Origin: Acutalibacteraceae bacterium
GTDB lineage: Bacteria; Bacillota; Clostridia; Oscillospirales; Acutalibacteraceae
NCBI GenBank assembly: GCA_045536815.1
Contig: JAZSOH010000025.1
Coordinates: 1-64,000 of the forward strand
Length of the DNA stretch: 64,000 bases
Direction: 5' to 3'
In this document: one piece after another, positions 10,227 to 20,324 of the stretch
Layout of the letters: each line of letters begins with the position of its first letter
Position numbering within the stretch: position 1 is the stretch's first letter
The notes under the pieces: generated by a model
The model's database searches: none
What the model was told of the DNA's origin: nothing
What the model saw: the letters and a program-made list of their open reading frames with translations, nothing else
Translations under genes and position numbers: made by a program

Positions 10227-10778
10227 ATGCGTGTTATCACAGGTTCAGCAAAAGGCAAATCTCTTATTACGGCCGAAGGCTTAGATGTTAGGCCTACACC
10301 CGACAGAGTAAAGGAAGGGATGTTTAGCTCCATCCAGTTTGACCTTGAGGGAAGAAGGGTGCTTGATTTATTTGCAGGTTCGGGTCAGCTTGGCATTGAG
10401 GCGCTTAGTAGAGGCGCAGATTATGCACTATTTGTCGATAGTAGTCCCATTTCGGTTAAAAATATTACCAAAAATATTGAAAATACGGGATTTACAGCAA
10501 GTTCTAAGGTTATAAGAGGGGATTTTGAGGCTGTTCTTTTAGGGCTAAACGAAAAATTCGATTTTGTTTTTCTTGACCCGCCATATGCCTCTTCGCATTT
10601 ACTAAAGGCGCTAAGGCTTGTTCAAAAAAACGTTAGTTTAAACGGTAAGATTTTTTGCGAACATCCAAGCAATATAGAACTACCCGAAGAGGTTGATAAT
10701 TTTATTAAACAAAAGTCTTATCGATATGGTAAGATACTTGTTTGTGTTTATGAAAGAAAGTGTGATGATAATGAATAA
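10227..10778 (+). CDS. rsmD: 16S rRNA (guanine966-N2)-methyltransferase
   Basis: VLDLFAGSGQLGIEALSRGA SAM-binding motif plus DPPY motif. Conserved rsmD-coaD pairing. Confidence 0.85.
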   Translation: MRVITGSAKGKSLITAEGLDVRPTPDRVKEGMFSSIQFDLEGRRVLDLFAGSGQLGIEALSRGADYALFVDSSPISVKNITKNIENTGFTASSKVIRGDFEAVLLGLNEKFDFVFLDPPYASSHLLKALRLVQKNVSLNGKIFCEHPSNIELPEEVDNFIKQKSYRYGKILVCVYERKCDDNE

Positions 10779-11262
10779 CACTATTGCGGTTTGCCCCGGT
10801 AGCTTCGACCCTGTAACTCTTGGGCATATCGATATTATAAAACGTGCCGCTAATATGTTTTCAAAGGTTGTTGTAGTTGTCATGCATAATAGTGCTAAAA
10901 ACCCCTGCTTTACTGCAGAGGAAAGGGTTGAGATGCTTAAACTTGCAACGGCTGACATTGAGAATGTAAGTGTAGATATGTATGACGGTTTATTGGCAGA
11001 TTATACAGAAAAAATCGGTGCAGGCGCTATTGTAAAAGGCCTTAGGGCTATGTCCGATTTTGAGTATGAGTTTCAAATGGCACTAACAAATAAGAAGCTT
11101 AACCCCGCTACCGAAACGGTTTTTCTAACTACAAGAGCGGAAAATATGTATTTAAGCTCAAGTATAGTTAAACAAATCGGTAGTATGGGTGGCGATATAT
11201 CGGACTTTGTTCCGAAGGTTATCAGAGAAAAAGTTATATCCAGATTAAAAGAAAAGGAGTAA
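10771..11262 (+). CDS. coaD: phosphopantetheine adenylyltransferase
   Basis: AVCPGSFDPVTLGHIDII (T/HxGH motif). 163 aa. Overlaps the rsmD stop. Confidence 0.9.
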   Translation: MNNTIAVCPGSFDPVTLGHIDIIKRAANMFSKVVVVVMHNSAKNPCFTAEERVEMLKLATADIENVSVDMYDGLLADYTEKIGAGAIVKGLRAMSDFEYEFQMALTNKKLNPATETVFLTTRAENMYLSSSIVKQIGSMGGDISDFVPKVIREKVISRLKEKE

Positions 11263-11268
11263 AATAGT

Positions 11269-11721
11269 ATGAATATGGAAGAAATGTTAGAGCAATTAGA
11301 CGAGGTCCTTGAAACAGGTATGAAACTCCCCGGCAAAAAGACAGTTATTGATGTAGAAAAAATTCGCGCAATGATTGATGATTTACGTCTTAACATGCCT
11401 AGCGAAATCAAACAGGCAAGAGGTATTGTTGCAGACCGTACCGAAATCATCACTACCGCAAAAAAAGAAGCTGATACTATTATCAGAAATGCTGAGGAAA
11501 GAGCTAAAGCTTTAGTTGCTCAGGAAGAAATTACACGTCTTGCACAGGAAAAAGCAGGCGAAATAATTTCTGCTGCTCAAACCAAGAGCCGCGAGATGAG
11601 AAAAGCCGCTCAAGACTTTGTTGATGACCTTATGAAAAGGGCAGATGATGGTCTTACCGCCAATCTTGCAGAAGTACGCAAAACACGTGCATCCTTAAAG
11701 CAAATTTCCGGTACAAAATAA
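11269..11721 (+). CDS. hypothetical coiled-coil protein (ATP-synthase-b-like soluble helix)
   Basis: 150 aa, entirely helical, Ala/Glu/Lys/Arg-rich, no TM segment. Confidence 0.4.
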   Translation: MNMEEMLEQLDEVLETGMKLPGKKTVIDVEKIRAMIDDLRLNMPSEIKQARGIVADRTEIITTAKKEADTIIRNAEERAKALVAQEEITRLAQEKAGEIISAAQTKSREMRKAAQDFVDDLMKRADDGLTANLAEVRKTRASLKQISGTK

Positions 11722-11731
11722 CTTAGAATTT

Positions 11732-11761
11732 AACCGCGCTTAAATGCGCGGTTATTTTTTT
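11732..11761 (+). terminator. rho-independent terminator
   Basis: aaccgcgc-ttaaat-gcgcggtt followed by T8. Confidence 0.85.
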
Positions 11762-11896
11762 GCTCATAATGTTAATAATCTTGCAAAATATGGATAAATA
11801 TGATATCATATAAAGAGATATTGCTTTATTAAATGCATTATTATTGTTTGCTATTTTGTTTAAAATATTTTTAAGGCTTATTTTGGAGGTGGCATA

Positions 11897-13090
11897 TTGA
11901 AAATACTTTTAGTTTCACAACACTTTTTTCCTGACCAGTTTAGAGTTAACGATATTGCCGCTTCTTTGGTAGAAAATGGACACGATGTTACAGTTTTGAC
12001 CTCTTTACCTGATTATAAAACGGGAAGAGTGCCAAAGGGCTGTAGAGGGCTTAAAAATAGAAAAATAAGTTATAAGGGCGTAAAGGTTATACGTTGTTTT
12101 TCTTTCGCGAGGAGGAGCGGTGTGATTTTCCGTGCTCTTAACTATGTTTCTTTTCTTGTAAGCTCAACTGCTAAGGCTTATTTTTTAAGGGAAAAGTTTG
12201 ATATTTCTATATGTTACCAAACCTCGCCCGTTTTAATGGCAAATGCAGCCAGGGCGGCAGCAAAAAAACAAAAAATACCTTTTTTGTTATATTGTTTGGA
12301 TATTTGGCCTGAATGTCTTAAGGCTTGGAAGGTCGGGGAAGATTCAGCATTATTCAGGCTTATGCATAGGTACAGTATTTCTATGTACAATGCGGCGGAT
12401 GTTTTAGCTGTTTCTTCAAAGCCGTTTATGGAGTATCACAACAAGGTTAATAATGTACCTTTAGAAAAAATGGTCTTTCTTCCGCAACACTCTGACGATA
12501 TGGAGCTTCCCAAAAGGGTTAGAACGGCAAATGATAAGGTTGTTTTTGCTTTTGGCGGTAATATTGGAAGTGTTCAAAATGTTGAATGTATCATACGTGC
12601 TGTAAGTGAACTTAAAGATGTTGAAAATTTTTCTGTAGAAATTTATGGCGACGGAAGTAATCTAGAAAACTGTAAAGCTCTTGCTAAGGAACTTTCGGTA
12701 GAGGAAAAGGTTAATTTTCACGGTTGGACAGAGAAAGAAGTTCTTTGGAAAGAGTACGAAAAGGCAGACGCATTTTTGCTTACTCTTAAATCTGAGGGCG
12801 AAATAAGTCAAACTGTTCCAGCAAAGCTTCAGGAATATATGTCGGGTAATAGGCCTATTTTTGCTTCTATTGATTATGCAAAAGAAATAATATTAGAAGC
12901 GGGTTGTGGCGTGGCAGTTAATTCTGACGACCATAAAGCTTTGGCGACAGAAATGAAGAAGTTCATTTTAAACGGCGGTGTTATGAAAGGTGCCGCCGAA
13001 AACGGAAGAAAGTATTATTTAAATAATTATACAAAAGAGATTTTTCTAGAAAAGATAAGTTCGATTTTTGGTGATATAGTAAAAAAGTAA
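11897..13090 (+). CDS. GT4-family glycosyltransferase
   Basis: 397 aa with GT-B fold features. TTG start after GGAGGTG. EX7E-like region near the C-terminus. Confidence 0.75.
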   Translation: MKILLVSQHFFPDQFRVNDIAASLVENGHDVTVLTSLPDYKTGRVPKGCRGLKNRKISYKGVKVIRCFSFARRSGVIFRALNYVSFLVSSTAKAYFLREKFDISICYQTSPVLMANAARAAAKKQKIPFLLYCLDIWPECLKAWKVGEDSALFRLMHRYSISMYNAADVLAVSSKPFMEYHNKVNNVPLEKMVFLPQHSDDMELPKRVRTANDKVVFAFGGNIGSVQNVECIIRAVSELKDVENFSVEIYGDGSNLENCKALAKELSVEEKVNFHGWTEKEVLWKEYEKADAFLLTLKSEGEISQTVPAKLQEYMSGNRPIFASIDYAKEIILEAGCGVAVNSDDHKALATEMKKFILNGGVMKGAAENGRKYYLNNYTKEIFLEKISSIFGDIVKK

Positions 13091-13103
13091 AAGGATTTTT
13101 GAT

Positions 13104-14303
13104 ATGAAAGTTTTGCAACTTAATTCCGTTTGCGGAAAGGGTAGTACAGGGCGAATTGCTACCGATATTTATGACCTGTTACTTTCAAAGGGCGATGAGT
13201 GTTTAATTGCCTATGGTAGAGACTCGGCACCAGAGGGTGTAAATTCCTATAAGTTTAATACTGACCTTGGTGTAAAGCTTCATGGCGTTATTTCAAGAAT
13301 GAATGATAGGCAGGGTTTTCTTTCAAACTGTGCCACAAAAAAACTTATAGAAAAAATAACTGAGTACAGTCCTGATATTATTCATCTTCACAATATTCAT
13401 GGTTACTATCTTAACATAAGGCTATTGTTTCCGTTTTTGGCAAAATATAATAAGCCTATAGTTTGGACCCTTCACGACTGTTGGGCAGTTACAGGACACT
13501 GTGCATACTTTTCTTTTGCCGGGTGTGATAGGTGGAAAGAAGTTTGCGATAATTGTCCCCAAAAAAGAAGCTATCCTGCAAGTATTTTGCTTGATAATTC
13601 GTTCAAAAACCATAAGGAAAAGAAAGAACTTTTCCAAATGCCGAATAATATAACATTGGTAACTCCTTCCCATTGGCTTAAAGGCGTAATAAAGGAAAGC
13701 TTTTTATCTAAATATCCTGTAAAAACTATCTATAACGGAATTGATTTAGATATTTTTAAACCAACCAAAAGCGACATGCTTAAAAAGCTAGGCGCCGAGG
13801 GTAAAAAGGTCATTTTGGGTGTCGCTAATATTTGGGAAAAACGAAAAGGTTTTGAAGATTTTTTGAAACTGAGCAAGTTCATTTCGGATGAATATATTAT
13901 TGTTTTGGTAGGTCTTAGCGAAAATCAAATTTCTATGTTGCCGAAAAACATAATAGGAATAAAACGTACCGAAAATATTGAGGAGCTTGTTAAAATTTAT
14001 TCGGCTGCCGAGGTTTACGTTAATACAAGTGTTGAGGAAACTATGGGGCTTACAACTGTTGAAGCTATGGCCTGTGGCACGCCCGCTATCGTTTATGATA
14101 AAACCGCCGTTCCGGAAATTGTTAGCGATAAGAGCGGAGTTGTTGTGAATGCGGGGGATATAGAAGGGCTTTATAAAGCTATTCAAAATATAAATATAAA
14201 AAGCGATGACTGTATAAATCGTGCAAAAGAGTTTGAGAAGAATATGCAGTATGGTGAATATTATAGCTTGTATAAAGAGATTTTATCTGAAAAGGGTGAG
14301 TAG
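13104..14303 (+). CDS. GT4-family glycosyltransferase
   Basis: 399 aa GT-B protein (…TMGLTTVEAMACGTPAIVYD…). Confidence 0.75.
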   Translation: MKVLQLNSVCGKGSTGRIATDIYDLLLSKGDECLIAYGRDSAPEGVNSYKFNTDLGVKLHGVISRMNDRQGFLSNCATKKLIEKITEYSPDIIHLHNIHGYYLNIRLLFPFLAKYNKPIVWTLHDCWAVTGHCAYFSFAGCDRWKEVCDNCPQKRSYPASILLDNSFKNHKEKKELFQMPNNITLVTPSHWLKGVIKESFLSKYPVKTIYNGIDLDIFKPTKSDMLKKLGAEGKKVILGVANIWEKRKGFEDFLKLSKFISDEYIIVLVGLSENQISMLPKNIIGIKRTENIEELVKIYSAAEVYVNTSVEETMGLTTVEAMACGTPAIVYDKTAVPEIVSDKSGVVVNAGDIEGLYKAIQNINIKSDDCINRAKEFEKNMQYGEYYSLYKEILSEKGE

Positions 14304-14308
14304 CGTCT

Positions 14309-15136
14309 ATGGAGCAACAACTCGAAAAACTTCACAATTGCCATTTAATAATTGCTAATGAAATTAAGCGAATTTGCGAGAAACATAATATCCCTTATTT
14401 TATGGTTGCAGGGACCTTGCTAGGCGCTGTTCGCCATAAAGGTTTTATTCCTTGGGATGACGATATGGATTTTGCAATGCTTAGAGATGATTATGAGCGT
14501 TTTATGTTAGTGGCAAAAGATGAACTTTCTAAGGACTTTTATTTGCAAAATTTTGATACTGACGAAAGCTTTGCTTTGCCTTTTGCTAAGATTATGTTAA
14601 ATGGTACGGTTTTAACCGAAAGAGTTACCTCGGTTAATTCGGCGCATAAAGGGATTTATGTTGATATTTTCCCCTTTGACAATGTGCCGGATAGTGAAGA
14701 AAAACGAAAAAAACAAAATAGAAAGACATATTTCCTTAAAAGACTTTTACTTGCTAAGCAAAATTATTTGATTGCCCAAAAAGGCGAAGTTTTGAAAAAA
14801 ATTATTTATTTTATTTTAAAGTGTATAAGTTTATTTTACAGCAAAAATGCTATAAAAAATTCGCTTTTAACCGAGATGAAAAGGTATAACGGGGAAGAAA
14901 CTGAAAAAATAGTTCTTTTTGGGGGCTCTTATGGTTATAAGAAAGAATCGGTAGAGCGTAAATGGTTTGTTGAAAGTACCAACCTTGAATTTGAGGATAC
15001 TTACTTTGAGGCCCCAAAAGATTATATAGCTTATCTTGAATATTTTTATGGGGATTATATGAAGCTTCCGCCCGAGGATAAGCGTTATAACAGGCACAGC
15101 GTTGTGGAACTCGATTTTGGAAAATATGGAGGTTAA
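14309..15136 (+). CDS. licD: LicD-family phosphotransferase (phosphocholine/glycerol-phosphate transferase)
   Basis: FMVAGTLLGAVRHKGFIPWDDDMDFAM LicD signature. Confidence 0.8.
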   Translation: MEQQLEKLHNCHLIIANEIKRICEKHNIPYFMVAGTLLGAVRHKGFIPWDDDMDFAMLRDDYERFMLVAKDELSKDFYLQNFDTDESFALPFAKIMLNGTVLTERVTSVNSAHKGIYVDIFPFDNVPDSEEKRKKQNRKTYFLKRLLLAKQNYLIAQKGEVLKKIIYFILKCISLFYSKNAIKNSLLTEMKRYNGEETEKIVLFGGSYGYKKESVERKWFVESTNLEFEDTYFEAPKDYIAYLEYFYGDYMKLPPEDKRYNRHSVVELDFGKYGG

Positions 15137-15140
15137 ACCT

Positions 15141-15548
15141 ATGAAAAAGGTTATCACTTACGGAACGTTTGATTTGCTTCACTATGGGCATATTGAACTT
15201 CTTCGTAGAGCTAAAAGTCAGGGCGATTATTTAATCGTAGCTTTGTCTACCGATGAGTTTAACTGGAATTCAAAAAATAAAAAGTGTTATTTTTCTTATG
15301 AGCAAAGAAAGGCTCTTTTAGAGGCTATTCGCTTTGTCGACCTTGTTATTCCTGAAGAAAATTGGGAACAAAAGGTAGAGGACGTTAAAGAATTTAAGGT
15401 TGACACCTTTGTTATGGGTAATGACTGGGAAGGTAAGTTTGATTTTCTAAAGGATTATTGCGAGGTTGTTTATCTTCCGCGTACTCCCGAAATTTCCACT
15501 ACTCAAATAAAGAAAGACTTAGGCAAAAAGGACGAAATAAATTTATGA
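15141..15548 (+). CDS. tagD: glycerol-3-phosphate cytidylyltransferase
   Basis: MKKVITYGTFDLLHYGHIELLRRAK (HxGH cytidylyltransferase). 135 aa. RBS GGAGG upstream. Confidence 0.85.
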   Translation: MKKVITYGTFDLLHYGHIELLRRAKSQGDYLIVALSTDEFNWNSKNKKCYFSYEQRKALLEAIRFVDLVIPEENWEQKVEDVKEFKVDTFVMGNDWEGKFDFLKDYCEVVYLPRTPEISTTQIKKDLGKKDEINL

Positions 15549-17005
15549 AATGGCTTAAAGGCGCAATTTTCAATGTGTTTTACTATAAGGTACTATTAAT
15601 ATTCTTTCTAGTGCCAACCATACTCGTGCCCTGTATAACCTTTGATTATAAGCTTTTGTTTGTAATGATGGGGTGGGGCGCTGTAATTTGCCTTTACGAT
15701 TTATTTAAAAGAAGAACCTTTTTAAAGGCAAGGGGTATGATTTGGCTTATACCTTTTTTGGTTACCTTTTTAATTTCTGTTTTACTTAATTTTAGAACAG
15801 TTTTTAATCTTAATGTTACCAGTTTTGCTTATAATGTAATTGCGCTTATACTTTTATATCCAAATGGCGAAAAGGAAAGGGAAGTAGCCCTTAAAGAGCT
15901 CACTATCTTAAATAATATATTTATTTTTGTTACTGCGGTGCTTTCTACAATTTCGCTCTCAATGTTTGTGGTTGGGTATTATAAAGCGGTCGAATATGGC
16001 GATTTGATTTATGATATAGGGTGGAACCCTTATAAAAACAGGCTTTTTGGTCTTTATTCCAATACGGGTTATATGATTACATCTATAGCTCTTGCTATGA
16101 TTTTGATACAGTTCGTTTTGCTTAAAAAGCGCGACCAAAAAATAAAGGGCATTTATAGGGTGTTTTTAATATATACCGCAGTTGTCAACTTTCTTTCGGC
16201 TGCCCTTGAAAATGCAAAGGGAGCCTTTATTTCACTCGCTGCATTTTTACTCATTTTTACTTTTGGTTCAGCTCTTAAAAAATTTAATGAAATTGGACTT
16301 AAAAAAGCAAGAAAAGTAATAGCTTCCGCTTTTTGTTCGGTTTTGGCGGTAACTGTTTTTATTTCTTTAATATATGTAGTAAGACCTGCGCTTTCCTTTG
16401 TGCCGAGTGCTTATAAAAGTATTTTCCAAACAAATGATGAACCTTCTACCGAAAAGGAAGAAATCGAAGCGGTTGATATTGATAGGGATATCCCTGAAAA
16501 ATATGGATTTTTAACGGGAAGAACAATTATTTGGAAGTTTGGCTTTAGTGAATTTAAAGAAAAACCGCTTTTTGGCTACGGTCCGCAGTCGCATAGGGAA
16601 TATAAGGTTGTAGATATAGGTCTTAGACATTTCCATAATATTTTTGTTCAGTCTCTTGTTAGCGTTGGTGCGGTAGGCACAGTTTTTATGCTTGGATTTT
16701 TCGGCACAGTGCTTTGGTTTATGCTAAAAAGAATTATCCGGAATTTTAAGGATAATGATGAGTATTATTTTGTTTCACTCGCTCTACTGTCTATAATAGC
16801 AATGTTTATTGTAAATGGTATGGCGGAGGTTACAATACTTTTCTTACCAAGAATTTCAATGTTCCTTTTTTGGATTTTTATGGGCTATGCTACTGTTTTT
16901 CTGGGTGGAGAAAATAATACTAAGGGCACAGCGTTACTTTCTAAGGTTGATACCTTTTTTGAGAAAATTTTTAACAGGAAAAAGGTTTTAAAAAATGAGA
17001 AGTAA
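15545..17005 (+). CDS. O-antigen ligase/polymerase-like polytopic membrane protein
   Basis: About 486 aa with about 10 or more TM helices and a large periplasmic loop. ATGA overlap with the tagD stop. Confidence 0.5.
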   Translation: MKWLKGAIFNVFYYKVLLIFFLVPTILVPCITFDYKLLFVMMGWGAVICLYDLFKRRTFLKARGMIWLIPFLVTFLISVLLNFRTVFNLNVTSFAYNVIALILLYPNGEKEREVALKELTILNNIFIFVTAVLSTISLSMFVVGYYKAVEYGDLIYDIGWNPYKNRLFGLYSNTGYMITSIALAMILIQFVLLKKRDQKIKGIYRVFLIYTAVVNFLSAALENAKGAFISLAAFLLIFTFGSALKKFNEIGLKKARKVIASAFCSVLAVTVFISLIYVVRPALSFVPSAYKSIFQTNDEPSTEKEEIEAVDIDRDIPEKYGFLTGRTIIWKFGFSEFKEKPLFGYGPQSHREYKVVDIGLRHFHNIFVQSLVSVGAVGTVFMLGFFGTVLWFMLKRIIRNFKDNDEYYFVSLALLSIIAMFIVNGMAEVTILFLPRISMFLFWIFMGYATVFLGGENNTKGTALLSKVDTFFEKIFNRKKVLKNEK

Positions 17006-18533
17006 AAAGGTTTTAATCAATTCGCTTTTTGGTCTTTTCGGCTATTTGGTATTAATGGTTAGTAACTTTATCACTCGCTCGGTTTTCGTAGACAGTTTGG
17101 GTCTTAGTATGGCGGGTGTTGATACAACCTTTAAAAACTTTTTGCAGGTATTATCTCTTGCCGAACTGGGACTAAGTACGGGGCTTATTTATAAGTTATA
17201 CCGTCCTATAGAAGAAAAGGACAACGCGCAGATCAAAAAGGTGCTTAATTTTTATAAGCGAGCCTATCAAATTATTTCTTTAATATTTATGGGCGGTGCT
17301 TTGGTTCTTTCCTTTATAGTTCCGCTTTTTGTACACGATACCGATAAAAGCCCACTTTATCTTGGCTTTTTATTTATACTTTATTCTGCCGATACTGTGG
17401 CCTCTTATCTTTTTGCAAATCGTAAAGCGCTAATAGTTGCCGACCAAAACAATTTTATAGTAAACCGCAACGATGCTTTTGTGTCGGTTATAACTGCCGT
17501 GTTTCAGGTGACGCTTTTGTATTTAACCAAGAGCTTTATTATCTATGCTCTTGTTAAAATTGCCTGTCGTTTAATGGGCGCATCGCTTATTGGACGAAAG
17601 TTTAAAAAAATGTACCCTGAAATAGCTGCCGATAAATCAAAAGAAATGATAAGCGGTAAGGAACGTAGCGACCTTATGAAAAATATGGGCGCAATGCTTT
17701 GTCATAAGATAGGCGGGGTAAGTGTTATGGCATCAGGCTCTGCAATAATTTCCGCTATGCTTGGCACAACTTTGGCGGGTATTTACGGAAACTATGTTTT
17801 GGTTACCAATACTCTTTTAATGCTAATAACCCAGGTTTTTGGGGGAATAGCTGCGAGTTTTGGTAATGTTATGACAGTTGAAAAAGAACAGGATGTCTAT
17901 AATAAATTTAATGTTTTATACTTTTTTAATTTTTTGGTAGTTTCTTTTTGTAGTACGGCAACCTTTGTTCTTATTGAGCCCTTTATGCGACTTTGGATAG
18001 GGGATAAAACCTCAAATTTATTTGATATAAGTACCGTTATTTTGCTTGTGTCATATTTCTACGCTTTTGGAATTCGTAGGGTTGTTTTAATGACAAAGGA
18101 CAGCGCAGGACTTTTTAGGCCGGATAGATATTTCGCTATTTTTGAAGCGGTTTTCAATATTGCGGCTTCTGTGCTTTTTGTTCATTTCACAAAAAGCGTT
18201 AATGGTCTTATTTTTGCAAATCTGCTTACAATTTTAATTATACCTCTTTGGACTCAACCAAAAATCATTTATAAACATGTTTTCCATAAAAAATCAGGGG
18301 AATATTATTTAAGATATTTGCTTTATGCCGCAGTCACTTTTATGGTTACTGCAATAACCTATTTAGCGGCGAATTATCTTATAAAAACAGAAAGCCTTAT
18401 TTTAGAATTTCTTTTTAAGGGCATAATTTCTGTAATAATTCCTGTAGGTATTTATCTTCTTTTGTTTTCAAAAACAAAGGAAATGAAATATATAGCCCAA
18501 ATGATAAAGGGGCTTATTAAAAAAAGCTCGTGA
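16995..18533 (+). CDS. Wzx-like polysaccharide flippase (MOP superfamily)
   Basis: 512 aa with about 12-14 TM helices. Overlaps the upstream gene. Typical flippase position in a glycopolymer cluster. Confidence 0.7.
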   Translation: MRSKKVLINSLFGLFGYLVLMVSNFITRSVFVDSLGLSMAGVDTTFKNFLQVLSLAELGLSTGLIYKLYRPIEEKDNAQIKKVLNFYKRAYQIISLIFMGGALVLSFIVPLFVHDTDKSPLYLGFLFILYSADTVASYLFANRKALIVADQNNFIVNRNDAFVSVITAVFQVTLLYLTKSFIIYALVKIACRLMGASLIGRKFKKMYPEIAADKSKEMISGKERSDLMKNMGAMLCHKIGGVSVMASGSAIISAMLGTTLAGIYGNYVLVTNTLLMLITQVFGGIAASFGNVMTVEKEQDVYNKFNVLYFFNFLVVSFCSTATFVLIEPFMRLWIGDKTSNLFDISTVILLVSYFYAFGIRRVVLMTKDSAGLFRPDRYFAIFEAVFNIAASVLFVHFTKSVNGLIFANLLTILIIPLWTQPKIIYKHVFHKKSGEYYLRYLLYAAVTFMVTAITYLAANYLIKTESLILEFLFKGIISVIIPVGIYLLLFSKTKEMKYIAQMIKGLIKKSS

Positions 18534-18548
18534 AAGGAAGTATATAAA

Positions 18549-19376
18549 ATGAGCGAAAATTGTACACACGATTGTAGTACTTGTTCACAAAACTGTTCAG
18601 ATAGAAGTGCCCCTCAAAGCCTTCTTGAAAAGCCGCACGAACTAAGCCATATAAAAAAGGTTATAGGTGTTGTTAGCGGTAAGGGTGGCGTTGGTAAATC
18701 TATGGTTACCTCTCTTATGGCGGTTACAATGAACAGAAGAGGACACAAAACAGCCGTTTTGGATGCTGATATTACAGGCCCTTCAATTCCAAAGGCTTTT
18801 GGTATTAAAGAAAAGGCGGCAGGTAATGAGCTTGGCATTTTCCCCGCAAAAACAAAGACCGATATTTCTCTTATGTCAATTAACCTACTACTTGAGAATG
18901 ATAGCGACCCTGTTGTTTGGCGCGGTCCCGTGATTGCAGGCGCTGTTAAGCAGTTTTGGACAGACGTTATTTGGGGCGACGTTGACTATATGTTTGTTGA
19001 TATGCCTCCCGGAACGGGCGATGTTCCGCTAACTGTATTTCAGTCGCTTCCTATTGATGGAATTATTGTTGTAACCTCTCCGCAAGAGCTTGTTGAAATG
19101 ATTGTTGACAAGGCGGTAAAAATGGCAAGTATGATGGATATCCCTGTTTTAGGGTTGGTTCAGAATATGTCTTATTTTGAGTGCTCAGACTGTGGTAAAA
19201 AGCACAGAATTTTCGGAGATGGAAATATTAATGATATTGCTGCTCGTCACGGTATAGTGAATATTGCAGAGCTCCCCATTGACCCAAATCTTGCTAAAAA
19301 TTGCGATAACGGTGTTATCGAACTTTTTGAGGGCGACTGGCTGGAGAAAATGGCAGATAGTTTAGAAAAAATGTAA
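18549..19376 (+). CDS. mrp: Mrp/ApbC-family iron-sulfur cluster carrier ATPase
   Basis: VVSGKGGVGKSMVTSLMA deviant Walker A. CxxC motifs at both N-terminus and C-terminus. Confidence 0.85.
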   Translation: MSENCTHDCSTCSQNCSDRSAPQSLLEKPHELSHIKKVIGVVSGKGGVGKSMVTSLMAVTMNRRGHKTAVLDADITGPSIPKAFGIKEKAAGNELGIFPAKTKTDISLMSINLLLENDSDPVVWRGPVIAGAVKQFWTDVIWGDVDYMFVDMPPGTGDVPLTVFQSLPIDGIIVVTSPQELVEMIVDKAVKMASMMDIPVLGLVQNMSYFECSDCGKKHRIFGDGNINDIAARHGIVNIAELPIDPNLAKNCDNGVIELFEGDWLEKMADSLEKM

Positions 19377-19380
19377 AATA

Positions 19381-19420
19381 AGAGCTCCCAAAACTGTTCG
19401 GTTTTGGGAGCTCTTTTTAT
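19381..19420. terminator. bidirectional terminator
   Basis: agagctcccaaaac-tgttcg-gttttgggagctct followed by a T-run, between convergent genes. Confidence 0.85.
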
Positions 19421-19425
19421 GTTTT

Positions 19426-20307
19426 TTAAAGTTCAAAATCTATGTATGTGGGTGAATGGTCCGAGATAGTAAAGTAGTAGTCGGGCGAATAACGAACAAA
19501 GTTTTTAACAGAGCCTTCTTTTTCACCCAAAAGTAAAATGTGGTCAATTGATTTTTCAAACGGGTCGGTGCTATAAAAGTTTTCGTAACCTGTGGTAAAA
19601 CAACTGTGGTATCCAACCGTTTCGTCAACAAAATCAGTTGCAATATCATGGGCGTGTCTAAAGCCCATATCAAAAAGGTGGGCTATCGCTTTGGAATTGT
19701 AGTCGGTGTTGAAGTCACCAACCAATACAAGTGGACAGTTATATTTATTTCTGAATTCCTTCATTTTTTCAGCTAAAAGTCCCACCTGATATTCTCTTGC
19801 CTCATCGGAATAGGGTTGAGTGCAAACATCATCCCCTAAGAAATCGCTAGAGCTAGTTAGATTGTTTTTGGTAGAAGCTTTCCACCAAAGGTGGGTGGTG
19901 GCAAAAACAAATATTTTTCCGCTTGCTTTTTCGCGAAAAACACCTATGTTGTAGGCCTTGGATTTAGAATCATTAAAAATACCTTCGTATCCCTCAATGG
20001 TTTCGGGATATGTGAGAAATTGTGAATCTAGAAGTTCAAACTTGTCTGCTCTATAAAGAATGGGGGTATATCGTCCCCAAATTATAGTATATTCAAGACC
20101 AGCTTCGTGGGCATGTTCTTTAATAAGATCGGCCATTAAAGAAGAAAATTCTTGACCACCTATAATATCAGGCATTTTGTCAATATATGTTTGCACCAAA
20201 CCGCCAACACGACTAGCGGCAGAGCAGTTTTCACCCTTCTCGGCCCAAGCGGGTTGATTGTTATCGCAGTTCCAAACGTTGTGGGACATAAGACGAATTG
20301 TTGACAT
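19426..20307 (-). CDS. endonuclease/exonuclease/phosphatase (EEP) family protein
   Basis: 293 aa. N-terminal LMSHNVWN and C-terminal SDH motifs. Confidence 0.65.
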   Translation of the reverse strand: MSTIRLMSHNVWNCDNNQPAWAEKGENCSAASRVGGLVQTYIDKMPDIIGGQEFSSLMADLIKEHAHEAGLEYTIIWGRYTPILYRADKFELLDSQFLTYPETIEGYEGIFNDSKSKAYNIGVFREKASGKIFVFATTHLWWKASTKNNLTSSSDFLGDDVCTQPYSDEAREYQVGLLAEKMKEFRNKYNCPLVLVGDFNTDYNSKAIAHLFDMGFRHAHDIATDFVDETVGYHSCFTTGYENFYSTDPFEKSIDHILLLGEKEGSVKNFVRYSPDYYFTISDHSPTYIDFEL

Positions 20308-20324
20308 AATCTTTCTCCTTAAAT

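Noticed and set aside
10693-10770. Extended N-terminus of coaD suggested by the ORF track (start 10693).
   Set aside because: Conserved CoaD N-terminus (MNNTIAVCPGSFDP) begins at 10771. The extension overlaps the rsmD C-terminus and lacks an RBS.
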